Positions 9,835-20,429 are shown, numbered from the stretch's first letter. The stretch is 64,000 bases of DNA from Luteimonas sp. ANT-B3E (GCA_001683895.1 LXQJ01000020.1:28521-92520), one strand, 5' to 3'. A program made the numbers and translations. Notes: a model not told the origin generated them from the sequence alone.

Positions 9835-10692
9835 ATGACCCCACGCCCCCGCCACATCGCCGCCGGCGCGCTTGTCGCGATCGGCGCCCTGCTGTCATCG
9901 GGCTGCGAGCGCGCGCTGTTCAGCGTCGCCAACCGCGGCACGCTGCCGCCCACCGACACTGTGGTCTATGCCATGGAGACCGGGCTGGCGCTCGACGTGT
10001 ACCGGCCGGAAGCGACCCGCGCGTCGACGGGCGCGGCGCCGGTAGTGGTGTTCTTCTACGGCGGTTCCTGGGAGCGCGGCAACCGCATGCAGTACCGCTT
10101 CGTCGGCAGCCGCCTGGCGGAAAACGGCGTGGTGGCGGTGGTGGCCGACTACCGCACTTTCCCGCGCGCAGGCTTTCCCGACTTCATGCACGACGCCGCG
10201 CAGGCAGTGGCCTGGGCGCGGGCCAATGCCGCGCGCTACGGCGGGGACCCGGAGCGGGTATTCATCGCCGGGCACTCCGCGGGTGCGCAGATCGCAGCGC
10301 TGCTGGGGACGGACGGCCGCTACCTCGCGCGCGAGGGACTGCGCCCGGACGCACTAGCCGGCGTGATCGGGCTGTCGGGACCGTACGACTTCGCCATCAC
10401 AGGCAGGTACCGCGCGGTGTTCGGCCCGCCCGGGCAGTGGCCAGATGCGCAGGCGATCAACTTCGTCGACGGCGACGAGCCGCCGTTCCTGCTTGTTCAC
10501 GGCGACGGCGACCGCGTCGTGGAAGCTCGCGACAGCGTCGACCTCGACGCCCGTCTACGCGCGCAGGGCGTGGCCTCGACTCTGCTGCTTGTCCCTGGCG
10601 CCGGGCATTTCGCGCCGGCTGCCGCGTTCTACGACCCGTCGCGCTCGCCGCAGGTCCTGCCGGCGGTGCTCGCTTTCATCGCGGAACACTGA
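9835..10692 (+). CDS. Alpha/beta hydrolase (carboxylesterase, HSL-like), probable lipoprotein
   Basis: FYGGSW oxyanion motif, GHSAG, HGDGD, GAGH; hydrophobic N-terminus ending in LSSGC. Confidence 0.85.
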   Translation: MTPRPRHIAAGALVAIGALLSSGCERALFSVANRGTLPPTDTVVYAMETGLALDVYRPEATRASTGAAPVVVFFYGGSWERGNRMQYRFVGSRLAENGVVAVVADYRTFPRAGFPDFMHDAAQAVAWARANAARYGGDPERVFIAGHSAGAQIAALLGTDGRYLAREGLRPDALAGVIGLSGPYDFAITGRYRAVFGPPGQWPDAQAINFVDGDEPPFLLVHGDGDRVVEARDSVDLDARLRAQGVASTLLLVPGAGHFAPAAAFYDPSRSPQVLPAVLAFIAEH

Positions 10693-10753
10693 GCGCGTTG
10701 AGCGCGGCGTGAGCCCGTAGGCCGCCCGGACGCGCGTCGCAGCGCCACGCAGC

Positions 10754-11287
10754 TCAGACCGCGGACTGCTCCAGCGTCACCGCCACCGCGTGGACCACCG
10801 CGGCGATCCTGATCGCGCTCTGCACCGCCTGCGCGCCGACCTCGTGGCGGCGCAGCGTCGTCTCGTGCGAAGCCATGCACATGCCGCAGCCGTTGATCGC
10901 CGACACGGCCAGCGACGCCAGCTCGAAAGTGACCTTCTCCACGCCAGGGCTCTGCATGACGTTCATGCGCAGGCCGGCACGCAACTGCGCGTACTCGTCG
11001 TTCTCGATCAGGTGGGTGGCGCGGTAGTAGATGTTGTTCATCGCCATGATCGCGGCGGCGGCGCGCGCGCCGTCGACCTCATCGGGCGACAGCGATTCGG
11101 CGGCGAAGCCGGCCAGCGCCGACACCAGCGGCGCGTACCGCGAGGCGATCGCCGAGGCCAACGCGATCACGCGGATCTGCTTGCCGTCGAGGCCCGGTGA
11201 GCCGCCGGCGGACAACACGCTGTCGAGGTTGAGGCGGAGATCCTTGGCGTAGGCGGGAAGCTGGCTGCGGAGTTCCTGGACGGTCAT
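10754..11287 (-). CDS. ahpD: Alkyl hydroperoxide reductase AhpD
   Basis: LPAYAKDLRLNL, AAAIMAMNNIYYR, LAVSAINGCGMC (CxxC). Confidence 0.92.
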   Translation of the reverse strand: MTVQELRSQLPAYAKDLRLNLDSVLSAGGSPGLDGKQIRVIALASAIASRYAPLVSALAGFAAESLSPDEVDGARAAAAIMAMNNIYYRATHLIENDEYAQLRAGLRMNVMQSPGVEKVTFELASLAVSAINGCGMCMASHETTLRRHEVGAQAVQSAIRIAAVVHAVAVTLEQSAV

Positions 11288-11363
11288 TGGACGGTTCCTT
11301 GGGGCTGCGGCCGCCGCCGCGCGCGGCTGCACGGCGGTCGATGAGGGGGCGAAGCTGGGGGCG

Positions 11364-11391
11364 AAAAAAGAAGGCGGCCTGGGCCGCCTTC
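11364..11391 (-). terminator. Intrinsic terminator between ahpC and ahpD
   Basis: Minus strand GAAGGCGGC-CCAG-GCCGCCTTC followed by T6. Confidence 0.75.
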
Positions 11392-11469
11392 GGATTCCGC
11401 ATACGTGAGGGAGGGATCAGTACGCGGAAGCCATGGCCGAACCTGCGGCCTCAATCTGGACGGATGGAC

Positions 11470-12009
11470 TCAGGCGGCCTTGAGGACCTCGTCGCCCTTG
11501 TTCCAGTTGCACGGGCACAGCTCGTCGGTCTGCAGCGCGTCCAGCACGCGCAACACCTCCTCAGGGCTGCGACCCACCGACAGGTCGGTCACGTAGACGA
11601 AGCGGATGACGCCGTCCGGATCGACGATGAAGGTGGCGCGCTGCGCGACGCCCTCGTCCTTGTCGAGGATTCCGAGCGCCGAGGTGAACTCGCGCTTGAC
11701 GTCGGCCAGCATCGGGAAAGGCAGGTCGGCCAGGTCCTTGTGGTGCGTGCGCCACGCGTGGTGCACGAACTCGGTGTCGGTCGAACCGGTCAGCAGCTGG
11801 GCGTCGCGGTCTAGGAAGGCCTCGTTGTGCGCGGCGAAGCCGGCGATCTCTGTCGGGCAGACAAAGGTGAAGTCCTTCGGATAGAAAAACAGCACCAGCC
11901 ACTTGCCCTCGTAGGTGGTGTTGTCGATATCGGTGAAGGCCTTGTTGAGGTCCGTGGACACGGTGGCCTTGAGCTTGAACTGGGGCAGCTTGTCGCCGAC
12001 GGTCAGCAT
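11470..12009 (-). CDS. ahpC: 2-Cys peroxiredoxin AhpC
   Basis: FYPKDFTFVCPTE, RATFIVDPDG, DALQTDELCPCNW. Confidence 0.95.
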   Translation of the reverse strand: MLTVGDKLPQFKLKATVSTDLNKAFTDIDNTTYEGKWLVLFFYPKDFTFVCPTEIAGFAAHNEAFLDRDAQLLTGSTDTEFVHHAWRTHHKDLADLPFPMLADVKREFTSALGILDKDEGVAQRATFIVDPDGVIRFVYVTDLSVGRSPEEVLRVLDALQTDELCPCNWNKGDEVLKAA

Positions 12010-12075
12010 GCAGAGTCTCCTGGGGATGGGTTGGGGGGCAGAAGCGACGGCAAGCGTGCATGCTGCGATGCCGCA

Positions 12076-12104
12076 ATTATTGCAATGCAGCATCCATTGT
12101 TCAA
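12076..12104 (-). promoter_or_regulatory. Putative sigma70 promoter of ahpC
   Basis: Minus strand TTGAAC-N17-AATAAT, directly abutting the OxyR box. Confidence 0.6.
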
Positions 12105-12141
12105 GTTGATGGTGTCGATTCCGGCCATAGGCTTAAGCTAT
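12105..12141. promoter_or_regulatory. OxyR binding site
   Basis: GTTG-N7-CGAT-N7-ATAG-N7-CTAT versus consensus ATAG-N7-CTAT-N7-ATAG-N7-CTAT; lies between divergent ahpC and oxyR. Confidence 0.75.
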
Positions 12142-12145
12142 GTGC

Positions 12146-13099
12146 ATGAACCTCCGCGACCTGCGCTATTTCGTCGCACTGGCCGAGCTGCAGCACTTCG
12201 GCCGCGCAGCGGCAGCGTGCTTCGTCAGCCAGCCCACGCTGTCGACCCAGATCCGCAAGCTGGAGGCGGAACTGGGCTTGCCGCTGTTCGAACGCGCGCC
12301 GCGGCGGGTGATGCTGACCGCGGCCGGGCGTGACATGGTCGAAAGCGCCCGCCGGATCGTCGGCGAGGTGGACCAGATGAAGGAGGCCGCACGCAGGGGC
12401 CACGACCCTGAGGCGGGCACGGTCCGGCTCGGCATGTTCCCCACCCTTGGTCCCTACCTGCTGCCGCACGTGGTCCCGGCCATCCACGCCCGCTTCCCGC
12501 GGCTGGAGCTGCTGCTGGTCGAGGAAAAAAGCGACGTGCTGCTCGCGCGCGTCCGCGAGGGCCGGCTGGACTCGGCGCTGTTGGCATTACCGGTTGCCGA
12601 CGACCAGCTGCACGCCGAGTTCCTGTTCGAGGAACGGTTCCTGCTGGCAGTGCCCGCGCAGCACGCGCTCGCCGACCGCGACCGGCTGTCGGTACAGGAG
12701 CTCTTGCACGAGCGCCTGCTGCTGCTCGAGGACGGCCACTGCCTGCGTGACCACGCCTTGGATGTCTGCCACCTCGCAGGGACAGGCGAGAAAGCCGGCT
12801 TCCAGGCGACCAGCCTGGAGACGCTGCGACAGATGGTCTCGGCCAACGTCGGCGTGACCCTACTGCCGATGTTGGCGACGAAACCGCCGGTGGCGCAGTC
12901 CGACAGCATCCGACTGCTCGGCTTCAACGACGCCAGCCCAAGCCGCCGCATCGCGATGGTCTGGCGCCGGAGCTCGGCGATGGCCGGTTTCCTGCTGCAG
13001 CTGACGCAAGTGCTGAAGGCATTGCCGCCCGACCTGTTGGCGGACGCCACCACCCCGCGTCGCGAGGCGGGACCCGTCCCTCCCGGTGCCAGGCCCTAG
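12146..13099 (+). CDS. oxyR: Hydrogen peroxide-sensing LysR regulator OxyR
   Basis: MNLRDLRYF..HFGRAAAACFVSQPTLS HTH; LEDGHCLRDHALDVC retains both redox cysteines; ATSLETLRQMV. Confidence 0.93.
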   Translation: MNLRDLRYFVALAELQHFGRAAAACFVSQPTLSTQIRKLEAELGLPLFERAPRRVMLTAAGRDMVESARRIVGEVDQMKEAARRGHDPEAGTVRLGMFPTLGPYLLPHVVPAIHARFPRLELLLVEEKSDVLLARVREGRLDSALLALPVADDQLHAEFLFEERFLLAVPAQHALADRDRLSVQELLHERLLLLEDGHCLRDHALDVCHLAGTGEKAGFQATSLETLRQMVSANVGVTLLPMLATKPPVAQSDSIRLLGFNDASPSRRIAMVWRRSSAMAGFLLQLTQVLKALPPDLLADATTPRREAGPVPPGARP

Positions 13100-13114
13100 C
13101 GCCTGGCGGCTGGT

Positions 13115-13777
13115 TCAGACGCCGAGACCAGCGGCACAGCTGACCCCGGTGCCGCCAAGGCCGCAGTACCCGCCGGGATTGCGCGCCAGGTACTGCTGGT
13201 GCTCGTCCTCGGCGTAATAGAACGGCGGCGCAGGCAGCAAGATCTCGGTCGTGATCGCACCGCGACCGGCATCGGTCAACCGGATCTGGTAGGCATCGCG
13301 ACTGGCGATGGCGACGTCGTACTGGGCCTGCGTATGGCAGTGGATCGCCGAGCGGTACTGGGTGCCGCGGTCGTTGCCCTGTCGCATGCCTTGGGTGGGG
13401 TCGTGACCTTCCCAGAAGCGCCGTAGCAGCGCGTCGAACCCGACCCGGCCGGGGTCGTAGACGACCAGCACCGCTTCGGTGTGGCCGGTTTCGCCGCTGC
13501 AGACCTCGCGATAGGTGGGGTTCGGCGTCAACCCGCCGGCGTAGCCCACGGCCGTGGTCTCGACGCCGTCCACGGACCAGAACAGCCGCTCCGCGCCCCA
13601 GAAACAACCCATCGCCAGGTGCACGCGTGAGAGGCCCTCGAACGCCGCGCGCAGCGGACGGCCGTGGACCAGGTGCACGTTGCCCAGCGGCAGTGGCTGG
13701 TCCCGGCCCGGTAGCGCCCGGTCGGCGGACGGCAGGCGCTGCTTGTCAGCGCCGATTCCCAACAACGATGCGAGCAT
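13115..13777 (-). CDS. msrA: Peptide methionine sulfoxide reductase A
   Basis: [41 protein letters not shown]. Confidence 0.96.
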   Translation of the reverse strand: MLASLLGIGADKQRLPSADRALPGRDQPLPLGNVHLVHGRPLRAAFEGLSRVHLAMGCFWGAERLFWSVDGVETTAVGYAGGLTPNPTYREVCSGETGHTEAVLVVYDPGRVGFDALLRRFWEGHDPTQGMRQGNDRGTQYRSAIHCHTQAQYDVAIASRDAYQIRLTDAGRGAITTEILLPAPPFYYAEDEHQQYLARNPGGYCGLGGTGVSCAAGLGV

Positions 13778-13881
13778 GTGATGTCTCCAGGAGCGGCATC
13801 ACGATGTGCGGGCACCGGCGGCGGGTTCAACCGCTGCGCCGCGCGGGGCGGCCAGGTCCCGCCCTGCAGCGCGCGGCGAGG

Positions 13882-16134
13882 TCAACAGAAGACCGCGGGC
13901 GCTACCATGACCCGGTTGCGGCCGTCGCGCTTGGCGGCGTACAGCGCCTTGTCGGCGCGGTCGACGGTGGCCGCGGGCGTGCCGTCGCCGGCCAGCCGCG
14001 TCGCGACGCCAACGCTGACCGTCAGCCGGATCGGCTGGCCCTCCCAGCTGAGGTCCATCCGCTCCACCGCAGCCCGCAGGTCCTCCCCGACCACCCGACC
14101 CGCAGCGCCGCCGCGTCCGGGCAACACCGCGATGAACTCCTCGCCGCCGTAGCGTCCCAGCAGGTCGCCGTCGGCCAGGGCGCCGCGCAGCGTCGCCGCC
14201 ACCTGGCGCAGGCAATGGTCGCCGCAGGCATGGCCGAACCGGTCGTTGATGGCCTTGAAGTGGTCCATGTCGACGAACAGCACCGATATCGGCTGGCGGT
14301 CGCGATCGGCCTCGGAGAAGCTGCGCACCAGCCACTGGTCGATCGTGCGCCGGTTCATGCTGCCGGTCAGCACGTCGACCTCGGCCGACCGGCGCAGGGC
14401 GATCGCGGCGAGCGCTTGCTCGATGCCGGCCATCGTCAGCCGCGCGAGGTCGCCCGCCAACGCCAACTCCTCGGTCGAGAATCCTTCGCCGCCGGTGCGC
14501 TGCAGCAGCAGGGCGCCCCACGCCGGCGCGCGGATCGCCAGAGGGATGACCGCTTCCATCGCCACCACCCCCTGGTGCGTCGGCAGGGTCACCGGCTGCT
14601 GCAAGGGGATGCCGTTGGCGGCCTGGCGCTTCAGCGGCAGCAGGCGTCGTGCCGCGATGTCCTCGACCGCCGGCTGGTGCGACAGCGGCAGCACGGCGAC
14701 GATGTCCTGGCCCTGATAGCCGTAGGCCATCAGCGCGGCGAACTCCACCGGCACCTGGGGCGCGAGGTGCTCCAGGAGCAGGCGGAACCCGGCCCATTCA
14801 ACATCGCCCGCCGACAGTGTGCGCAGCCGTGACTGCAGCATCGCGCTGAGGTCCGACCGTGCCGCCTCACGGCGCATGCGTCGCTCGGAGTCGGCACGCG
14901 CCAGGCGGTCGCGGTCGCGCTGGTTGCGGTATTCGCCGATGCGGCTGAGGAGCCCGACGGCCAGCACCACGCCGGTCACCACCAGCACCGACTGCCACAG
15001 GTAGCGCAGCCACACCGGGTCGTACCAACGCCCGCGGGCAAGGAAGTCAACGCCGATCGACACCAGGATGGTGGCCAGCACCAGCAGAGCGATGGGCCAC
15101 GCCATCTGAACGCCGCGGCGCGCGCCATCGGCGACCACGCCGAGCGCGGTCATCGCGGCCACGAACCACGCGAGCACGCCGACCGGGCTGATCCACGCAT
15201 CGACGGCGTCGAACCCCAACAGGCAGAGCGCCGCCAGCCCCGCCAGCCCCATCGCGAACACGTCGATCCCACGCGCGAGGTCCGGCACCGTCCGCCGCGT
15301 TCCCGCATAGCGCGACAGCAGTTGCAGAGTGATCGCCAGGAACAGCGCTTCCGCCGCCCACAGGCCCTGGCCGCGCCAGATGGCGGCCACCCCGAGCAGC
15401 GGGAGCTGGTATAGATGCCCATTCTCGGCAGCCAACAGCACCAGTGCAGCGACCGCGGCGCCGAAGAAGACGAGGAAGATGCTGTCGCGCGCCGCGCTCG
15501 ACAGCGCCAGCGTCAACAGCGCCAGGGTCGCCAGCGCGGCATAGATCGCCGCCGACAGCGCCGCGCCGCGCTGCTCGAGTCGCATGGCGGCGTTTTCGCG
15601 CATGACACGCACGCGCAGCGTCGCCGCCTGCGACGAGGTGACGCGCAGGTCGAGGGCCACATCGCCGCGCCACTCGCCCGGCAGCGGGAACTGGAACCCC
15701 GAGGGGAGGATCCCCTCGTCGCTGTCCGGCGCGAAGAACGACCGTCGTGCGCTGGTCCAGCCCCCGGTCGACAGGGACACCGATTCGACGGCGTCGCGGC
15801 CGACCCAGACCACCCAGCGGGCATGGTCCTCCGAAGACAGCGGCAGCGAAAAATGCAGGCGGGCGTGGCGCTCCACCACCCGGCCGGCCGGCAGCAGCAG
15901 GGCACGCTTGTCGCTGCTGAGCGACGAGCCGTGATCGCCCGCAGCGAGCGCGAGACGCACCGGGACCTCACGCACGGTGTCCTGCACCGCACCGAGCACC
16001 GAGGCCACGAACACACCCAGAAGCAGCGCCAGGCCGAGCGCGAACGGCCACTCGTGCGGCATCCTGTGCGCGCGTACATCCGTCGAGGTCCCAGGCATCA
16101 GCGCAGGGGCCCCGCCACCGCCGCCATCGCGCAT
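13882..16134 (-). CDS. Membrane diguanylate cyclase (7TM-DISM-like sensor, GAF-like domain, GGEEF); start uncertain
   Basis: Periplasmic segment followed by about 7 hydrophobic helices; DVLTG..NRR, DMDHFKAIND.FGH..GD, RYGGEEF, ADKALYAAK..GRNR. Confidence 0.88.
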   Translation of the reverse strand: MRDGGGGGAPALMPGTSTDVRAHRMPHEWPFALGLALLLGVFVASVLGAVQDTVREVPVRLALAAGDHGSSLSSDKRALLLPAGRVVERHARLHFSLPLSSEDHARWVVWVGRDAVESVSLSTGGWTSARRSFFAPDSDEGILPSGFQFPLPGEWRGDVALDLRVTSSQAATLRVRVMRENAAMRLEQRGAALSAAIYAALATLALLTLALSSAARDSIFLVFFGAAVAALVLLAAENGHLYQLPLLGVAAIWRGQGLWAAEALFLAITLQLLSRYAGTRRTVPDLARGIDVFAMGLAGLAALCLLGFDAVDAWISPVGVLAWFVAAMTALGVVADGARRGVQMAWPIALLVLATILVSIGVDFLARGRWYDPVWLRYLWQSVLVVTGVVLAVGLLSRIGEYRNQRDRDRLARADSERRMRREAARSDLSAMLQSRLRTLSAGDVEWAGFRLLLEHLAPQVPVEFAALMAYGYQGQDIVAVLPLSHQPAVEDIAARRLLPLKRQAANGIPLQQPVTLPTHQGVVAMEAVIPLAIRAPAWGALLLQRTGGEGFSTEELALAGDLARLTMAGIEQALAAIALRRSAEVDVLTGSMNRRTIDQWLVRSFSEADRDRQPISVLFVDMDHFKAINDRFGHACGDHCLRQVAATLRGALADGDLLGRYGGEEFIAVLPGRGGAAGRVVGEDLRAAVERMDLSWEGQPIRLTVSVGVATRLAGDGTPAATVDRADKALYAAKRDGRNRVMVAPAVFC

Positions 16135-16258
16135 GACCTCGCCGATCCTCCCCGGCATCGAGCGCACGCCGGCACCCAGCGCGCACGCAGCGCCGTGCCC
16201 CGGCGCCCCATGGTCGCCCTTCCCCCTGTCGCCATGTTCGTCATCGTCCCTGAGCGGA

Positions 16259-16274
16259 AGCACGTGCCGTGCCA
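16259..16274 (-). promoter_or_regulatory. Putative sigma54 (-24/-12) promoter upstream of the diguanylate cyclase
   Basis: TGGCAC-GGCAC-GTGCT versus consensus TGGCAC-N5-TTGCW, with exact GG/GC spacing. Confidence 0.55.
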
Positions 16275-16350
16275 CCAAAACATTGCCTGCGTCACGGTTT
16301 GCAGCGCGTCACGAGGCTAACACCGCGCCGACAATGGGGAGCGAAGACAA

Positions 16351-16393
16351 GGCAACGCAGGGCGACGCAGGGCGACGCAGGGCGACGCAGGGC
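16351..16393. repeat. 10-bp tandem repeat (GGCGACGCAG)x4
   Basis: ggcaacgcag ggcgacgcag ggcgacgcag ggcgacgcag ggc. Confidence 0.9.
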
Positions 16394-16663
16394 AGCATCG
16401 GCGAGTTGCGCGCGACAGCCCGAAGCCCGGGCTGCTTCGCTCTCGCCGACGCCGACGCCGACGCCTCCCCGAGCGGCAAGGGCTGTCGGTCGTCGACCTT
16501 GACCTCGTCTTCGACGCTCAGTCGCCCTGACCACGCAGTCGCCCCGAATACGTTGCTCCGCTTCGGCCGGGGATCTGTCCACACCTGCACCCCGTACTGG
16601 CGCCTCCGCGGCGCCGGACCCCGCACCCGCTAGACTGCACGGCGCCCCACGCCAGTCAGCCGC

Positions 16664-18439
<1,776 letters not shown>

Positions 18440-18497
18440 GGGGCGCAGCGTCAGCGCGCGACCAGCAGGGCCGGCGAGCCATCCGGGAGGGGTGCTG

Positions 18498-19073
18498 ATG
18501 CTGTACGGCCAGGTCCACCTCACGCTGCCTGCATGGGTCCACGATGCCGTCGACACCGCGCGCACCTACCCCCGCGACGAGGACAAGGTGACGCTCGCGA
18601 TCGCGCTGTCGCGCGGCAACATCGAGGCCGGCACCGGGGGACCCTTCGGTGCGGCCGTCTTCGGCCCCGGCGACCGCATCGTCGCCGCCGGCGTCAACGT
18701 GGTGCTGCCGCAGCACAGCTCTCTCGCGCACGCCGAGAACATGGCGTACATGCTGGCGCAGCAGCGCCTGCAGCGCGCGCGCATCAACCAAGACGACAGC
18801 GGCACGCGGGACGGCCCCTACACGCTGGCGACCTCCGCGCAGCCGTGCTGCCAGTGCTTCGGCGCGACCATCTGGGCCGGCATCGACCGGCTGCTGATCG
18901 GAGCGCGCGCCGACGACGTCGAGGCGTTGACCGAGTTTGACGAAGGTCCGCTTCCGGCGGACTGGGTCGGCGAACTGGAGCGGCGCGGGATCGCGGTCGT
19001 CCGCGACGTGCACCGCGAGGGCGCACGCGCGGTGTTGGCCGCGTACGGCAGTGGTGGGGGTCGCCACTATTGA
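18498..19073 (+). CDS. Zn-dependent nucleoside/nucleobase deaminase (cytidine deaminase fold, guanine deaminase-like)
   Basis: GGPFGAAVF, AHAE, QPCCQC, FDEGP. Confidence 0.88.
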   Translation: MLYGQVHLTLPAWVHDAVDTARTYPRDEDKVTLAIALSRGNIEAGTGGPFGAAVFGPGDRIVAAGVNVVLPQHSSLAHAENMAYMLAQQRLQRARINQDDSGTRDGPYTLATSAQPCCQCFGATIWAGIDRLLIGARADDVEALTEFDEGPLPADWVGELERRGIAVVRDVHREGARAVLAAYGSGGGRHY

Positions 19074-19127
19074 TACGCGACGCACGGCGCGCGCTTGCAG
19101 CTGCCGTTGCCTCGTCCGGCAGGATGC

Positions 19128-20234
19128 GTGACGACGTCCGCTGCTGACGCCGGCGCGGCACCGCCGGCGGCGCTGACCGGCCTGCTCTGCTATTGCCGCG
19201 CCGGCTTCGAGCCGGAGCTGGCGGCCGAGCTCGGCGCGCGCGCGGCCGCCGCCGGCCACCATGGCTACGCGCGCACCGAGCGCGGCAGCGGGCACGTGGT
19301 ATTCATCGCCGACGACGCGACCGCCCTCGACCGCGCGCTGCCGTGGCGGTCGCTGGTGTTCGCGCGGCAGAAGCTGCGGCTGATCGCGGAGCTGGCGGGG
19401 ATTGATCCCGCCGACCGCATCACCCCGCTGGTCGCTGCACTGCGTGCGTCGGGGGCGACCTCGACCTTTGGCGAACTGGTGGTCGAGCATCCTGACAGCG
19501 ACGCGGCCAAGCGGCTGGCCGGACTGGCGCGTGCATTCGGCAACGCGCTCCGCCCGGCGTTGCGCGGCGCCGGCCTGCTGGCGCGTAGCGACGATTCCAC
19601 CCGCCCGCGGCTGCACGTTTGCCTGCTCGACGGCGACCACCTGCTGCTGGCGGTCGCCGACACCCGCGACAGCGCGCCCTGGCCGATGGGCGTGCCGCGG
19701 CTGCGCCTGCACCGCGACGCGCCGTCGCGCTCGGCGCTGAAGCTGGAGGAGGCGCTGCTGACGCTGCTCGACGACGGCCAGCGCGCGCGCCTGCTGCAGC
19801 CGGGCATGCTGGCGGCCGACCTCGGTGCCGCGCCCGGCGGCTGGACGTGGGTGCTGACCCGCCATGGGCTGAAGGTGAGCGCGATCGACAACGGGCCGCT
19901 GCGCCCGCACGTACTGGACACGGGCCTGGTGGAGCACGTGCGCGAGGACGGGTTCCGCTGGCAGCCGACGCGGCCGCTCGACTGGATGGTCTGCGACATG
20001 GTCGAGCAGCCGTCGAAGGTGGCCGCGCGCATGGCGACATGGTTCGCCCAGGGCTGGTGCCGGCACGCGGTGTTCAACCTCAAGCTGCCGATGAAGAAGC
20101 GCTGGCAGGAGTCGCGCGACTGCCTGCAGCGGTTCGCCGACGACGCCGGGCGGCCGCTGACGGTGCGGTCACGCCAGCTGTACCACGACCGCGAGGAAAT
20201 CACGGTAGTGGTGCTGGGCGACAAGCGACCCTGA
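19128..20234 (+). CDS. rlmM: 23S rRNA C2498 2'-O-methyltransferase
   Basis: YCRAGFE, APSRSALKLEEA, DLGAAPGGWT, VCDMVEQP, FNLKLPMKKR, QLYHDREE; GTG start inferred. Confidence 0.95.
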   Translation: MTTSAADAGAAPPAALTGLLCYCRAGFEPELAAELGARAAAAGHHGYARTERGSGHVVFIADDATALDRALPWRSLVFARQKLRLIAELAGIDPADRITPLVAALRASGATSTFGELVVEHPDSDAAKRLAGLARAFGNALRPALRGAGLLARSDDSTRPRLHVCLLDGDHLLLAVADTRDSAPWPMGVPRLRLHRDAPSRSALKLEEALLTLLDDGQRARLLQPGMLAADLGAAPGGWTWVLTRHGLKVSAIDNGPLRPHVLDTGLVEHVREDGFRWQPTRPLDWMVCDMVEQPSKVAARMATWFAQGWCRHAVFNLKLPMKKRWQESRDCLQRFADDAGRPLTVRSRQLYHDREEITVVVLGDKRP

Positions 20235-20429
20235 CGCGCCGCGACGCGAACGCCGCGACGCACGCGCCACGCCGGCCGGTTGCGGGCCGGTTCATCGCGC
20301 CCCGGTAGCGTTGCGGACACCCGTGCGGCCGTCGTGCGACCGCGCGCCTTCAATCTCGCCGCGACCCGGTATCGTCAGGAACCATTGCGTCCGTGGTCAC
20401 CACCCCGTCCGTCCTGCCGAGGATCCCGA

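Noticed and set aside
16351-16465. Possible CRISPR array
   Set aside because: Short tandem units without spacers, and no cas genes.
16309-16626. 105-aa minus-strand ORF in the cyclase-glnS gap
   Set aside because: Runs through simple repeats and has no recognisable domain or RBS; not supportable as a CDS.
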